A stretch of DNA of 64,000 nt from Thermodesulfobacteriota bacterium (GCA_039714535.1 JBDLJC010000004.1:5693-69692), one strand, 5' to 3'. Positions 1 through 8,847 are shown, counted from the stretch's first letter. The notes: generated from the sequence alone by a model not told the origin. Numbers and translations are program-made.

Positions 1-301
1 TGCCGATATCATGGGAACAATTCGGGAGATGGCCCTGGACCAGGGCATCGTTACCGAGCAGGACCTGCTCGACAAGGGCAAGGTGGCTTGGGTCGAACGT
101 GACCGCTGCGTCTCTTGTCTGACCTGTGTGCGGGTCTGTCCCTGGCAAATCCCGGAGATCGACGATCAGGGCGTAGCGGTTATCGATCCCCGCAAATGCC
201 GGGGCTGCGGAATCTGCCCCGCCGAGTGTCCGGCCCAGACCATCAAGATGAATGAATCCGAGGACGAGCGATTGATCGCCGCCTGCGGAACTGGAAATTA
301 A
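1..301 (+). CDS. C-terminal 2x[4Fe-4S] ferredoxin domain of an HdrA-like flavoprotein (5' truncated by window)
   Basis: Two CxxCxxCxxxCP motifs (CVSCLTCVRVCP, CRGCGICPAECP); the frame is open back to the window start; lies directly upstream of mvhD. Confidence 0.7.
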   Translation, partial: ADIMGTIREMALDQGIVTEQDLLDKGKVAWVERDRCVSCLTCVRVCPWQIPEIDDQGVAVIDPRKCRGCGICPAECPAQTIKMNESEDERLIAACGTGN

Positions 302-309
302 TTGGAGAC

Positions 310-416
310 GTAACTATTCATCAGCACCCCATCTGCGCACGATCAGACTGACTCACATATGCATACATAGCTTGTCAGCCTGCTTATACACATCTGGAGC
401 ACTGCTGAACAGTTAC
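310..416. repeat. MITE-like element with imperfect 15-bp terminal inverted repeats
   Basis: gtaactattcatcag (310-324) versus ctgctgaacagttac (402-416), 13/15 complementary; non-coding interior. Confidence 0.55.
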
Positions 417-474
417 ATTTGGGCGTTTCCCCGCTGTTGGGGCATTACGCTAAATAGTTTTACTTGGAGACAAG

Positions 475-975
475 ATGAATTTTACTCCTGATATACAGAT
501 ATTCTGTTGCCATTACACCTCCCAACAGGCCATTGCCGAGGGAGCCGATGGCCTTAAAGAAGACGGTTTCCCGGAGGGGGCGACCATTAACCGCCTATCT
601 TGTTCCGGCAAACTCCAGGTCAGTTCCCTGCTGAAAGCCTTCGAAGACGGAGCTGATGGTGTTTGTGTCGTTGGTTGTCTGGAAGATAAATGCCACAACG
701 TTATGGGCAGCAAGCGCGCCGCCCATCGAGTGCTGGCAGTTCGTAAGGCCCTGGATGGGCTTGGTGTCGAGAGCGAACGGATTGAGATGTTCCATATGGA
801 GCGAGGGTTCCACCCGGAATTTGTCGATGCCGTCGTCATGATGGCTGAAAGGGTTAGGGACCTCGGCCCCAGTCCCTTTCAGAATGATGATAAGCCGGTT
901 AAAAAGACGGCTAAGAAAAAAGTGGTAAAGAAAGCGGCCAAAAAGCCTGCCAAAAAGGGAGGTAAGAAAAAATGA
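475..975 (+). CDS. mvhD: MvhD/FlpD hydrogenase iron-sulfur (delta) subunit with Lys-rich tail
   Basis: FCC, RLSCSGK, AFEDGADGVCVVGC..KCH, GVESERIEM motifs typical of MvhD. Confidence 0.88.
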   Translation: MNFTPDIQIFCCHYTSQQAIAEGADGLKEDGFPEGATINRLSCSGKLQVSSLLKAFEDGADGVCVVGCLEDKCHNVMGSKRAAHRVLAVRKALDGLGVESERIEMFHMERGFHPEFVDAVVMMAERVRDLGPSPFQNDDKPVKKTAKKKVVKKAAKKPAKKGGKKK

Positions 976-1640
976 TAATTGCAGAGCGTAAACCAGTTGC
1001 TGAAATAGTTGAAATGGTTGCCGATGCCAAGCGGGTGTTGGTTCTCGGCTGCCGTGGTTGTGTTTCGGTCTGTTCGGCCGGCGGTGAGCGTGAGGTGGAG
1101 ATCCTTGCCTCTTTGTTGCGCCTTGGTTGCAAGAAGAAGGGCCAGGACCTTGAAACCATTGAGGCCACCATGGTCCGTCAATGCGACCGTGAATATATTG
1201 AGGCCATTGATCAGTGGGATGGTCAATACGATGCCATCGTCTCCATGGCCTGCGGAGTCGGCGTCAACTTTATCGCCAATCTGCGGCCCACAGATATCGT
1301 CTATCCTGCCGTTAACACCGGCTGTAACGGTGGTTCGGCCGAGCAGGGAGTCTGGACCGAGCAATGTGCCGGTTGCGGTGATTGCGTCCTCCATCTCACC
1401 GGTGGCCTCTGTCCCGTGGCCCGCTGCGCCAAAAGCCTGATGAACGGCCCCTGCGGCGGTTCCCAGAAGGGCGTGTGCGAGATCAACAAGGATGTCCCCT
1501 GCATCTGGCAGGCCATCCACGACCGCCTTGAGCGGACCGGACACAAGGCCGACATGGACAGAGTTGCCCCCATCCGTGATTGGAGCACAGCCGGTCACGG
1601 TGGTCCCCGAAAAGTTGTCCGGGATGATCTAACTGTTTAA
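972..1640 (+). CDS. metV: MetV (methylene-THF reductase C-terminal-domain Fe-S/Zn subunit)
   Basis: MIIAERKP start, GCRGCVSVCSAGG, RQCDREY, MACGVG, CAGCGDC..TGGLCPVARCAKSLMNGPCGG; ATGA-type overlap with mvhD. Confidence 0.88.
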   Translation: MIIAERKPVAEIVEMVADAKRVLVLGCRGCVSVCSAGGEREVEILASLLRLGCKKKGQDLETIEATMVRQCDREYIEAIDQWDGQYDAIVSMACGVGVNFIANLRPTDIVYPAVNTGCNGGSAEQGVWTEQCAGCGDCVLHLTGGLCPVARCAKSLMNGPCGGSQKGVCEINKDVPCIWQAIHDRLERTGHKADMDRVAPIRDWSTAGHGGPRKVVRDDLTV

Positions 1641-1665
1641 TCTGCCCCAGAATAAAATGATCCTG

Positions 1666-1700
1666 AAGGGCGATGGTCAGCAAACCATCGCCCTTTTTGT
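1666..1700 (+). terminator. Rho-independent terminator after metV
   Basis: aagggcgatggt / accatcgccctt 12-bp stem followed by a T tract. Confidence 0.8.
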
Positions 1701-1730
1701 GTTTTCAGGCAAATAGCAGGGCAACAACCC

Positions 1731-2120
1731 ATGTTCTCTGAAATGATCGAGATGCTCAAGAGAGGTGAATTGCCCTCTGCCGAAAAGCTCCACATCAGGC
1801 TGAAACCGGCCATGGTCAAAAAAGGCGGGGTTATGCAACAACCTCACCCGTGCTGGAGCAACGATCCAAAGATTAACCCTGATAGCGGCCACATGCTCTG
1901 GGCGGCAATTTTACTGGAAGATCAGGAGTTGATCAGCATGGCGACCGCAATGATGTTTGTTGAACAGGGCAACAAGCTGGACGCCCTGACTCCGCAAAAA
2001 GCAAGGAAGCTCCTTACGGAAAAAGGTTCTGAGCTATTGGCCCTTGCCCCTACCCCCGAGTTTAAGTCTGTTCTGGCTGAAAAAATCAATACGGCGGTCA
2101 CCAGCTTCTGCCTGAAATGA
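1731..2120 (+). CDS. Hypothetical protein
   Basis: 129-aa ORF filling the gap, with plausible composition; no motif recognised. Confidence 0.6.
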   Translation: MFSEMIEMLKRGELPSAEKLHIRLKPAMVKKGGVMQQPHPCWSNDPKINPDSGHMLWAAILLEDQELISMATAMMFVEQGNKLDALTPQKARKLLTEKGSELLALAPTPEFKSVLAEKINTAVTSFCLK

Positions 2121-2381
2121 TTGCCTTGCTGTCAATCAACTCCCAGTATTACCCATTTTCATCATTGCCGAACTTACCCGGTTCTCGATTGAGGCAAAAT
2201 ATCTTTTCCTATCGAAATTCCTTTCGGGTTCGAGATTACAAACTTGCATCATAAGGGTCTTTATTATCTCCCGACAATCTCTTGCCTCTACCTACACCTC
2301 TTGGCCAAAAAGTTACCAATAGTTAATTTACTGGATGAATCGCTAAATTAATAAAAGCGTTTACTTGATTTGTTACATGCC

Positions 2382-3896
2382 TCAAAGGCTATCAACGATA
2401 CTCACGGCCCCGCCTCGGCGTGGATCACCGGCCCCTTCTTTACCGGGAACGACGGCATGGACGCCACCGAAATAGACATCACGGGAGGCCCAGAGATTGA
2501 CTGGCCACCGCTTTGCTAGTGATGTTACGGCGACCTCGTTGAAGCCCGGTTCCAACTGCATAGTTGTCCCATCCCAGTGCACCCTCGGGGCCTCAACCGC
2601 TTCCTGCACGGGAACCCTGAAATCAACCAGCCGGCTTAGGACCTGGGCCAGGGCGGTGCGGATTCTCTTACTGCCACCGCTGCCAATAACCAGTTTCACC
2701 TCATCGTCTCGCAACAGCAGTGAAGGAGACATCATCGATGCCACCCGCTGCCCCGGGGGACTGGCGTGAAAACCCTCGGGATGGAGGTCGTCTTCCCCCA
2801 TCATATTGTTAAGCATGATGCCGGTGTCGGGGGCAAAATAACCTGAGCCTTCGCCATTTGAGCAGGTCATGCTGGCGACATTGCCTTCACAGTCAGCAAT
2901 ACTCATATGGGTGGTGCCGCGGCTGAAGGTCCGGCCTAGCTCAACAGCCTGTTGTAACGATATATCCGTGAGTCCTTCTGCCCGCAACCGTTCGACCTCT
3001 GCCATTATGTCACCCGTTAGTGTCAGGTGCTCTGCCGAATCACAGATCATGTCCGTCATGGCAACACTGTCGAGCAGCTTGAGGGACAAGGCCATGAGGC
3101 TGCCGCCCATCGATGGCGGCGGATTGGTCAGCATGGTGTAGTCCCGGTAACTGGTAACCAGCGGCGCTCTCTCTATAACCTTATAGGCATCAAGATCTTC
3201 TGCGGTAAGCAGTCCCTGCCCCCGGCCCATATCACCACCAATCTTCCCGGCCAGTTCACCATGATAAAAACTGTCGCCCTGATCACTGGGCAATTGTTCG
3301 AGGAAGTCAGCCAGGGCCGGGTTGCTGAGTAGGTCGCCACAGACAAGCAAGGTGTCTTGGGGGGCGTAGAGTCTTTTACCCACCTCGCCAAGGGTCATAA
3401 TCGGCTGCAGCAGAGACAGGAAATATGCCTGGCTCTCACTGACCAGTAACCCGTCCCGGGCCAGGCGAATAGCCGGCTGTAGAATAGTTTCCAGGGGGAG
3501 ACGGCCGAGACGACGATGAACATGGAGAAAGCCCTTCAAGTTACCGGGGACAGCCACCGAGCCCAAGCCGACATTGAAATCCTGATCAGAACCAGGAAAA
3601 TGGACGGTGACCGGGAAAAAATGGGGCTCAAGGTTACCGGTATCCAGCCCCAAACCGGGGGTATCCACGAAGAAATCAAAGAGAACTTCCTGCTTTTCGG
3701 CCATCGGTTCGGCTGTCCTGGCCAAGAGGAAACCGCCGCCACCCAGGCTGGTCAAACACGGTTCCGCCACCGTGCCGGCAAAACCGGCGGCAATTATGGC
3801 GTCAAAGGCATTGCCGCCGCCGTTTAAAATTTCCGCCGCCGCACCACTGACCAGGGGATGGCCGCTGGCCACCACCGCCCGGTTGTAAAGACTCAT
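2382..3896 (-). CDS. ggt: Gamma-glutamyltransferase
   Basis: GGNAFDA, SLGGGGF, VAVPG, GTTHMS (catalytic Thr), SMMSP, GSGGS, GDPRRGG; ATG at 3896 overlaps the upstream TGA (ATGA). Confidence 0.93.
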   Translation of the reverse strand: MSLYNRAVVASGHPLVSGAAAEILNGGGNAFDAIIAAGFAGTVAEPCLTSLGGGGFLLARTAEPMAEKQEVLFDFFVDTPGLGLDTGNLEPHFFPVTVHFPGSDQDFNVGLGSVAVPGNLKGFLHVHRRLGRLPLETILQPAIRLARDGLLVSESQAYFLSLLQPIMTLGEVGKRLYAPQDTLLVCGDLLSNPALADFLEQLPSDQGDSFYHGELAGKIGGDMGRGQGLLTAEDLDAYKVIERAPLVTSYRDYTMLTNPPPSMGGSLMALSLKLLDSVAMTDMICDSAEHLTLTGDIMAEVERLRAEGLTDISLQQAVELGRTFSRGTTHMSIADCEGNVASMTCSNGEGSGYFAPDTGIMLNNMMGEDDLHPEGFHASPPGQRVASMMSPSLLLRDDEVKLVIGSGGSKRIRTALAQVLSRLVDFRVPVQEAVEAPRVHWDGTTMQLEPGFNEVAVTSLAKRWPVNLWASRDVYFGGVHAVVPGKEGAGDPRRGGAVSIVDSL

Positions 3897-5017
3897 CGCC
3901 AAAACTCCTGCCTTAACTGGGCAATAATGGCAGAATGGCTCTGCTCCGCGTCATATATCCGGCGTTGCTGGTCAGTGCTGGTGCCGGTCAATAAAATTCT
4001 CTCCAGAGCAGCGAGATAGGGAGCGCCTCCCAGTTCCCGGGCAAAAGGGGTGACCTGGCTGATCAGGGAGCGGGCCGCCTCCCGCAATGGCTTGTTGCCC
4101 ATGCTGTCGAGATCAACGAACCGGCCTGCCAAGCCATAGCGGGACGCCTGCCATTTATTGTTCCGCAGGACCTGCATATTAGTGGGGATATTTCTCGACG
4201 TAGCGCTGGTGTCCGTCGCCAGCCAGGCCACCAGGGCCTGAATCAGAGCCACCAGGGCCAGAATCTCATCGAAATGCGAGGGCAGATCGCAGATCCGCAC
4301 CTCGATGGTCCCGAAATCAGGGTGAGGCCGGACGTCCCACCAGAGATCGCGAACCTCGTTAATGATTTCGGTCTCAAACAGCAGGGTGGCAATCCGGACG
4401 AAACCGGCCCAGTCGCCAAGTTGATCGGGCATGCCCGCCATGGGCAGGGCCTCGAAAAGTTTGGCCCGGTAAGAATGGAGGCCGCTATCATTGCCCTCAA
4501 AGAATGGCGAGGAGGTGGTCAGGGCCAGCAGAACCGGCAAATACTGCCGGATATTGTCGCAGACCTTTATTGCCGTTTCGCCGTCAGTCAACCCGATGTG
4601 GACATGGAGACCCTGGGTGATAAAGCGCCGGCCTACCAGCTGTAGATCGTCCAGAATCCTCTTATATCGAGGGTCGGGGGTCAGCTCTTGCTCCTGGCTT
4701 TTGGCGAAGGGATGGAGGCTGGCGGCATAGAGCAGGCAATCGCACCGGGCCGCCAGTTTTTCGGCCTCCCGGCACATCGCGGTAAGGTTGTCTTCTACTT
4801 CTGCCAGCGACAGGCAGACATCGGTATTGATCTCGACCATGGAGCGGATAAATTCCGGCTTTATCCGCTCACCAAGGTTGGCTGGGACCAAGTCCAGGAG
4901 TTCAACGGCCTTGGGGGTGAGGTTCAGGTTCTGCTGGTCAAGAAGCTGGAGTTCAAGCTCAACGCCGATGCTATAGGGGGTTGAACGGTGAAATTCTATC
5001 TGGTTTATTGATCTCAT
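3893..5017 (-). CDS. ybdK: YbdK-family carboxylate-amine ligase (glutamate-cysteine ligase family 2)
   Basis: SIGVELELQL, GLHVHIG, SSPFFEG, LWWDVRPHPDFGTIEVRICD, NKWQASRYGL. Confidence 0.92.
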   Translation of the reverse strand: MRSINQIEFHRSTPYSIGVELELQLLDQQNLNLTPKAVELLDLVPANLGERIKPEFIRSMVEINTDVCLSLAEVEDNLTAMCREAEKLAARCDCLLYAASLHPFAKSQEQELTPDPRYKRILDDLQLVGRRFITQGLHVHIGLTDGETAIKVCDNIRQYLPVLLALTTSSPFFEGNDSGLHSYRAKLFEALPMAGMPDQLGDWAGFVRIATLLFETEIINEVRDLWWDVRPHPDFGTIEVRICDLPSHFDEILALVALIQALVAWLATDTSATSRNIPTNMQVLRNNKWQASRYGLAGRFVDLDSMGNKPLREAARSLISQVTPFARELGGAPYLAALERILLTGTSTDQQRRIYDAEQSHSAIIAQLRQEFWR

Positions 5018-5044
5018 CTAAACTCCTTATCTTCTGCCGTTTTA

Positions 5045-6256
5045 TCAGATCAACCTCTCTATTTTATCAAGAGCCGACCAGGCCACCTGGGCCAGAAAGG
5101 CGGCGCCGACCGGCAAGACATCTTCATCAAAATCAAAACGGGGACTGTGGGCCGGGACATCTTCATGGCTGGCCTTTCTGGCTCCGAAACGGACCAGACA
5201 ACCGGGAATTTCATTCAGATAATAGGCGAAATCCTCACCGCCCAGACTGGGATATGACTGGGCAACCAGACCGCTTTCGCCCACCACCAGGCGGGTCGCT
5301 TCCTTGGCCAGATCGGCGGCGGCCGGATGATTGATAACCGGCGGCAGACTCTCCGCAAAGCTGATTTCGGCCCGGGCATTGTAAAGCGACTCCATCGAGC
5401 CCACCATCCGCTCCAGACCGGTAATGATCTGAGCTCGCACTTCGGGATGGGTGGAGCGGATGGTCCCCTCCAGTACCGCCTCTTCAGCGATGACATTGGC
5501 CGCCGTGCCGCCCTGGATACGACCGACGCTGACCACCGTCGGATAGGATGGATTGATTTCCCGTGAAATCAGAGTCTGGATACTCATGACCAGCAGACTG
5601 GCAACAACTATACTGTCGACTGTTTCATGGGGCCGGGCCGCATGACCACCCTGGCCGAAGATTCTGATTTTAAAAGGGTCGGTATAGGCACAGATCAGCC
5701 CCGGTTCCGCCGCAATCTGGCCGACGCTGAAATGCCGATCAATGTGCCCGGCGAAAATTGCCTGGATTCCGGCAAGTCCGCCCTCTTTGATCACCTGTTG
5801 CGCCCCGATGCCTTTTTCTTCAGCTGGTTGAAATATGAGTTTAACCCGGCCGGGCAGTTTTTCCCGCGACAGAAGCGCCGCTGCGCCCAACAGCATCGCC
5901 ACGTGGCCGTCGTGGCCGCAGGCGTGCATAACCCCCTCAGCTGTGGAAGAAAAGGGCAAATCTGTTTTTTCCTCTATCGGCAAGGCGTCCATATCCGCCC
6001 TCAGCGCCACACATGGCGTTGGTTGCCCGCCCGGAAGTTCGACGCCCGGGTCTACTGTCGCCACGAGACCGGTGTGGCCCAACTCTGTCTGTTGGGAGAT
6101 CCCGATTTCAAGAAGCTTTTCGCTTACGAAGCTCCTCGTTTTATGCTCATGGGATGATAGTTCCGGATGGCGGTGAATGGTGCGGCGGATATCTCGCATC
6201 CAGCCAATCAATTCATCATCGGCTGCAAAGGTTGGGCGGGGACTTGCTTCTGGCAT
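5045..6256 (-). CDS. M20D family amidohydrolase
   Basis: RRTIHRHPELS, ALRADMDALP, MHACGHDGH, FQPAEE, GGHAARPH, GEDFAYY, HSPRFDFDE. Confidence 0.93.
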   Translation of the reverse strand: MPEASPRPTFAADDELIGWMRDIRRTIHRHPELSSHEHKTRSFVSEKLLEIGISQQTELGHTGLVATVDPGVELPGGQPTPCVALRADMDALPIEEKTDLPFSSTAEGVMHACGHDGHVAMLLGAAALLSREKLPGRVKLIFQPAEEKGIGAQQVIKEGGLAGIQAIFAGHIDRHFSVGQIAAEPGLICAYTDPFKIRIFGQGGHAARPHETVDSIVVASLLVMSIQTLISREINPSYPTVVSVGRIQGGTAANVIAEEAVLEGTIRSTHPEVRAQIITGLERMVGSMESLYNARAEISFAESLPPVINHPAAADLAKEATRLVVGESGLVAQSYPSLGGEDFAYYLNEIPGCLVRFGARKASHEDVPAHSPRFDFDEDVLPVGAAFLAQVAWSALDKIERLI

Positions 6257-6569
6257 ATTGGTATCCTGTCCACTTGATTAACGTCATCCGGTAAGGTATC
6301 GGCAAATATCCGGCGCGGGAAGAATGGGGCCATGGTTAATTCTATTCTCCGGCCAGTCAATTTTCAAGCTTAATAAGCTGGTCAAGCCAACAGCCCTCCA
6401 TCTGTCTGGTTCCGGCTGGTCTGCCTTCTAACTTTAATTTTTCCATATAATATATAAAAAATGTTTTAAACGGAATCCCATTTAATAACGCTAATTCGGC
6501 GGAATGATATTTAATGATGACCTACAAAATAATTGAATGAGGCGTAAGACACCCTATCGAATTACTGCA

Positions 6570-6598
6570 TTGACAGTGCGGCAATTAACAGTTATAAT
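6570..6598 (+). promoter_or_regulatory. Perfect-consensus sigma70 promoter
   Basis: TTGACA (6570-6575) - 17 nt - TATAAT (6593-6598), about 105 nt before the ATG at 6705. Confidence 0.75.
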
Positions 6599-6704
6599 CT
6601 TCCAAAATAACAGGATATGGAGATGTATCGCAATAAATGCAGTGCGCCACAAACAACTGTTTGAGTTGGTAACTTAAGTAGACCTATTGAAAAAGGAGAA
6701 GAGT

Positions 6705-7572
6705 ATGAAAAATTTCGTGGGTGTGATGATGTTATTTTTGGTGATTACTTTAAACCCGGCCGGAGGGGCCGCACATCCGGTGGACGGCGATGTTTATGTC
6801 GGTTTCACGACTGGTTCTAGCGTCATCGAGACATATGATGGCATAATCGGCTTCCCCAGAATGCCACTTGGCTTCATTTATACTCCTTCGCCCGTGGGTG
6901 GAGTGGCCATGGGGCCAGATGGTAATCTTTATGTAGGTTTTACAGAAACCCACGAAGTCCAAGTCTACGATGCTAACGGTATTTTTATTCGTAATTTCTT
7001 CGTTGGCGGCCCTGTTTCCGGGATGGTTTTTGGCAGCAACGGTCTGCTGCATGTTGCTTACTCCAATTTCCCCGTGATAGAGCTTTATGATGGGACCAGC
7101 GGTAAATTTTGTCGAGCCCTCCAACATCTTTCTTCTCCGCCCAGCTGGGGGGCTGGCAGTTGACCCGATGACCGGCAATCTCTTTGTGGGCTATGATTCA
7201 TTCCCCTATTCTGTAGATGTCTTTGATCGTTATGGTTTTGCGATGTATCCTGCGGTCTTAGACGTCGGTTCCCCGATTATCGGCCTGACTATTAATTCCT
7301 GGGGCGACCTGCTGGTAGGAACCTCCGACAGTACTCAACTTAAAAAATACTGGGCGGGTGGCGACTTCTTGATCGAAACCTTACCTGCAATGTTCGGCAC
7401 TCCAGGGGGGCTGGCAAGTTTTAATGATTACGATTGGGATGGACTGAGTAATGGTTCTGAGATTAATGTCCATAGGACCGATCCCTATAATCCTGACACC
7501 GATTCTGACGGCAAGTTTGATGGTGATGAAATTAACTTATATGGGACCGATCCTCTTAACCCTAATTCATAG
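6705..7572 (+). pseudogene. Secreted NHL/beta-propeller repeat protein with C-terminal Ca-binding (TSP3-like, DxDxDG..DGxE) repeats, split by a +1 frameshift near 7107-7110
   Basis: Signal peptide after RBS AAGGAG; propeller blades (GPDGNLYVG, GSNGLLHVA, DPMTGNLFVG, NSWGDLLVG) continue across two overlapping frames; DYDWDGLSNGSE..TDP and DTDSDGKFDGDE..TDPLNP repeats. Confidence 0.7.
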
Positions 7573-7600
7573 ATAATCAGGTTTTCAATAACTCTGACCT

Positions 7601-7644
7601 TTGACCTGCCACCGATGAAAATATTTTCATCGGTGGCAGGTCAA
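7601..7644. repeat. Perfect 44-bp palindrome (possible bidirectional terminator)
   Basis: ttgacctgccaccgatgaaaat|attttcatcggtggcaggtcaa: exact reverse complements with no spacer. Confidence 0.85.
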
Positions 7645-7983
7645 TATTAATAGCTAGGGTGATTTCACCCCTGACGATTGCAATCTCAATCCACGATTCT
7701 CACAGAACTCTCTCAGAATCCACCGGAAATATCTTATCTCGAAGGAGGAGATATAAAGGGGAAAGGTTGAAGTGCCTTTAAAGTCGCGGAAAAGTTTCAT
7801 CAAACTCCCATTTATCAATTTTCTCAGTTTATCTGCGCATTTTTTTCGGGGGGATTACCAGCCGACCACGGGAACGGTTGCGCTTTTTCGCCCAGCTCAG
7901 TGGCGTGGTCGGCTGGCCTCAATCGTTATCCGTCCGAAAAAAAATGTTCTTAACTGCTTAGACTAGCACAACACTCCTTAAAT

Positions 7984-8012
7984 TTGACAGGACGGAGTTT
8001 TTTGATTATCCT
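7984..8012 (+). promoter_or_regulatory. sigma70 promoter (Pc-like) upstream of cassette
   Basis: TTGACA-17 nt-TATCCT, 37 nt upstream of the GTTAGAT core site. Confidence 0.6.
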
Positions 8013-8083
8013 GTTAATGTAGTAGCCGCCGAATTCCAGTTAACATGCGTTAGATTCTCACAACCAACACAAAGGAGAAAAAA

Positions 8084-8596
8084 ATGGAAACAAAACAGTG
8101 TTGCAAAACAGGAACGATTAAAGGGTTAGGGAGGCAAGTGTTTCGCTTATTACTAGAAATAGCCGCACTTGGCTGTTTGTATAGTTTAAGTATGCATGTG
8201 ATAAACAAGCTGTATTTACTATTCACAGGTAGCTATAAAACTATGACCATGATGCAAGTTGCGGCTGCTACACCTGTCGCTGCGCCCGGACTAACTATTA
8301 CTCTTCCTGATCCAGTAGCCGAGATATTACTGGTGTGTATAATTGGTGGTGTTTTGACCTATGCAATCCTCAAATATGTATGCAGTCAAGAATGGGTTCA
8401 AGAACCTGTTCAAGTTCAAGAATGTTGGACTGAAATACAATGGTATAACCCTTTTAGTTGGGTAGAGGCAATTGTGTGTACCTTTGTTGAGGTGCTCAAG
8501 TGGGTATTAAAACAAATATGTGGATATGTAGAAGTTATAGTCACAATTCTAGTAATAATATGCGTAATAGTCGGCATAATAATTGTTTTTGCCTAA
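8084..8596 (+). CDS. Cys/Trp-rich membrane protein of unknown function (cassette cargo)
   Basis: Strong RBS AAAGGAG; 170 aa with about three hydrophobic segments; AT-rich relative to flanks. Confidence 0.75.
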   Translation: METKQCCKTGTIKGLGRQVFRLLLEIAALGCLYSLSMHVINKLYLLFTGSYKTMTMMQVAAATPVAAPGLTITLPDPVAEILLVCIIGGVLTYAILKYVCSQEWVQEPVQVQECWTEIQWYNPFSWVEAIVCTFVEVLKWVLKQICGYVEVIVTILVIICVIVGIIIVFA

Positions 8597-8623
8597 TATG
8601 TTTCCTTAAGACATTGTACTTTA

Positions 8624-8716
8624 ATCTAACGGCAGGGGTCAACCTGACTGCAAGAACGTCTGCGGCGCTGACGCGGCAAGTTCGGGTGGCGCAGCAGGTT
8701 ACCCCTGCCGTTATCA
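8624..8716 (+). other. attC recombination site (93 bp)
   Basis: aacggcaggggt(c)aacctg(a)ctgc pairs with gcagcaggttacccctgccgtt; the two unpaired top-strand bases C and A correspond to the extrahelical G and T of the attC bottom strand. Confidence 0.82.
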
Positions 8717-8717
8717 C

Positions 8718-8825
8718 TCATGTAAACATCTCCATCTGCCTTTCATCATCCTCCAGAGCACCGAGGATGTTCCAAATCTGGCGATCGCCGAGTTTGTATT
8801 TCCGGGCCAGCTTGATCCCCGTCAT
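8718..8825 (-). pseudogene. C-terminal fragment of a Mor/C-family phage transcription activator
   Basis: Translates MTGIKLARKYKLGDRQIWNILGALEDDERQMEMFT*, matching the LArkY.L..rqI..Il...RQ..lF tail of Mor proteins. Confidence 0.6.
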
Positions 8826-8847
8826 ACCCTGAATCCCTTGCTATCAT

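Larger units (their letters stand above)
8049..8716 (+). mobile_element. Integron gene cassette (GTTAGAT core ... attC)
   Basis: Starts with GTTAGAT (8049-8055); carries one promoterless ORF; attC begins with the complementary ATCTAAC (8624-8630) and ends with GTT (8710-8712). Confidence 0.8.

Noticed and set aside
475-975. Selenocysteine-containing MvhD
   Set aside because: No in-frame TGA; Cys codons occupy the conserved positions.
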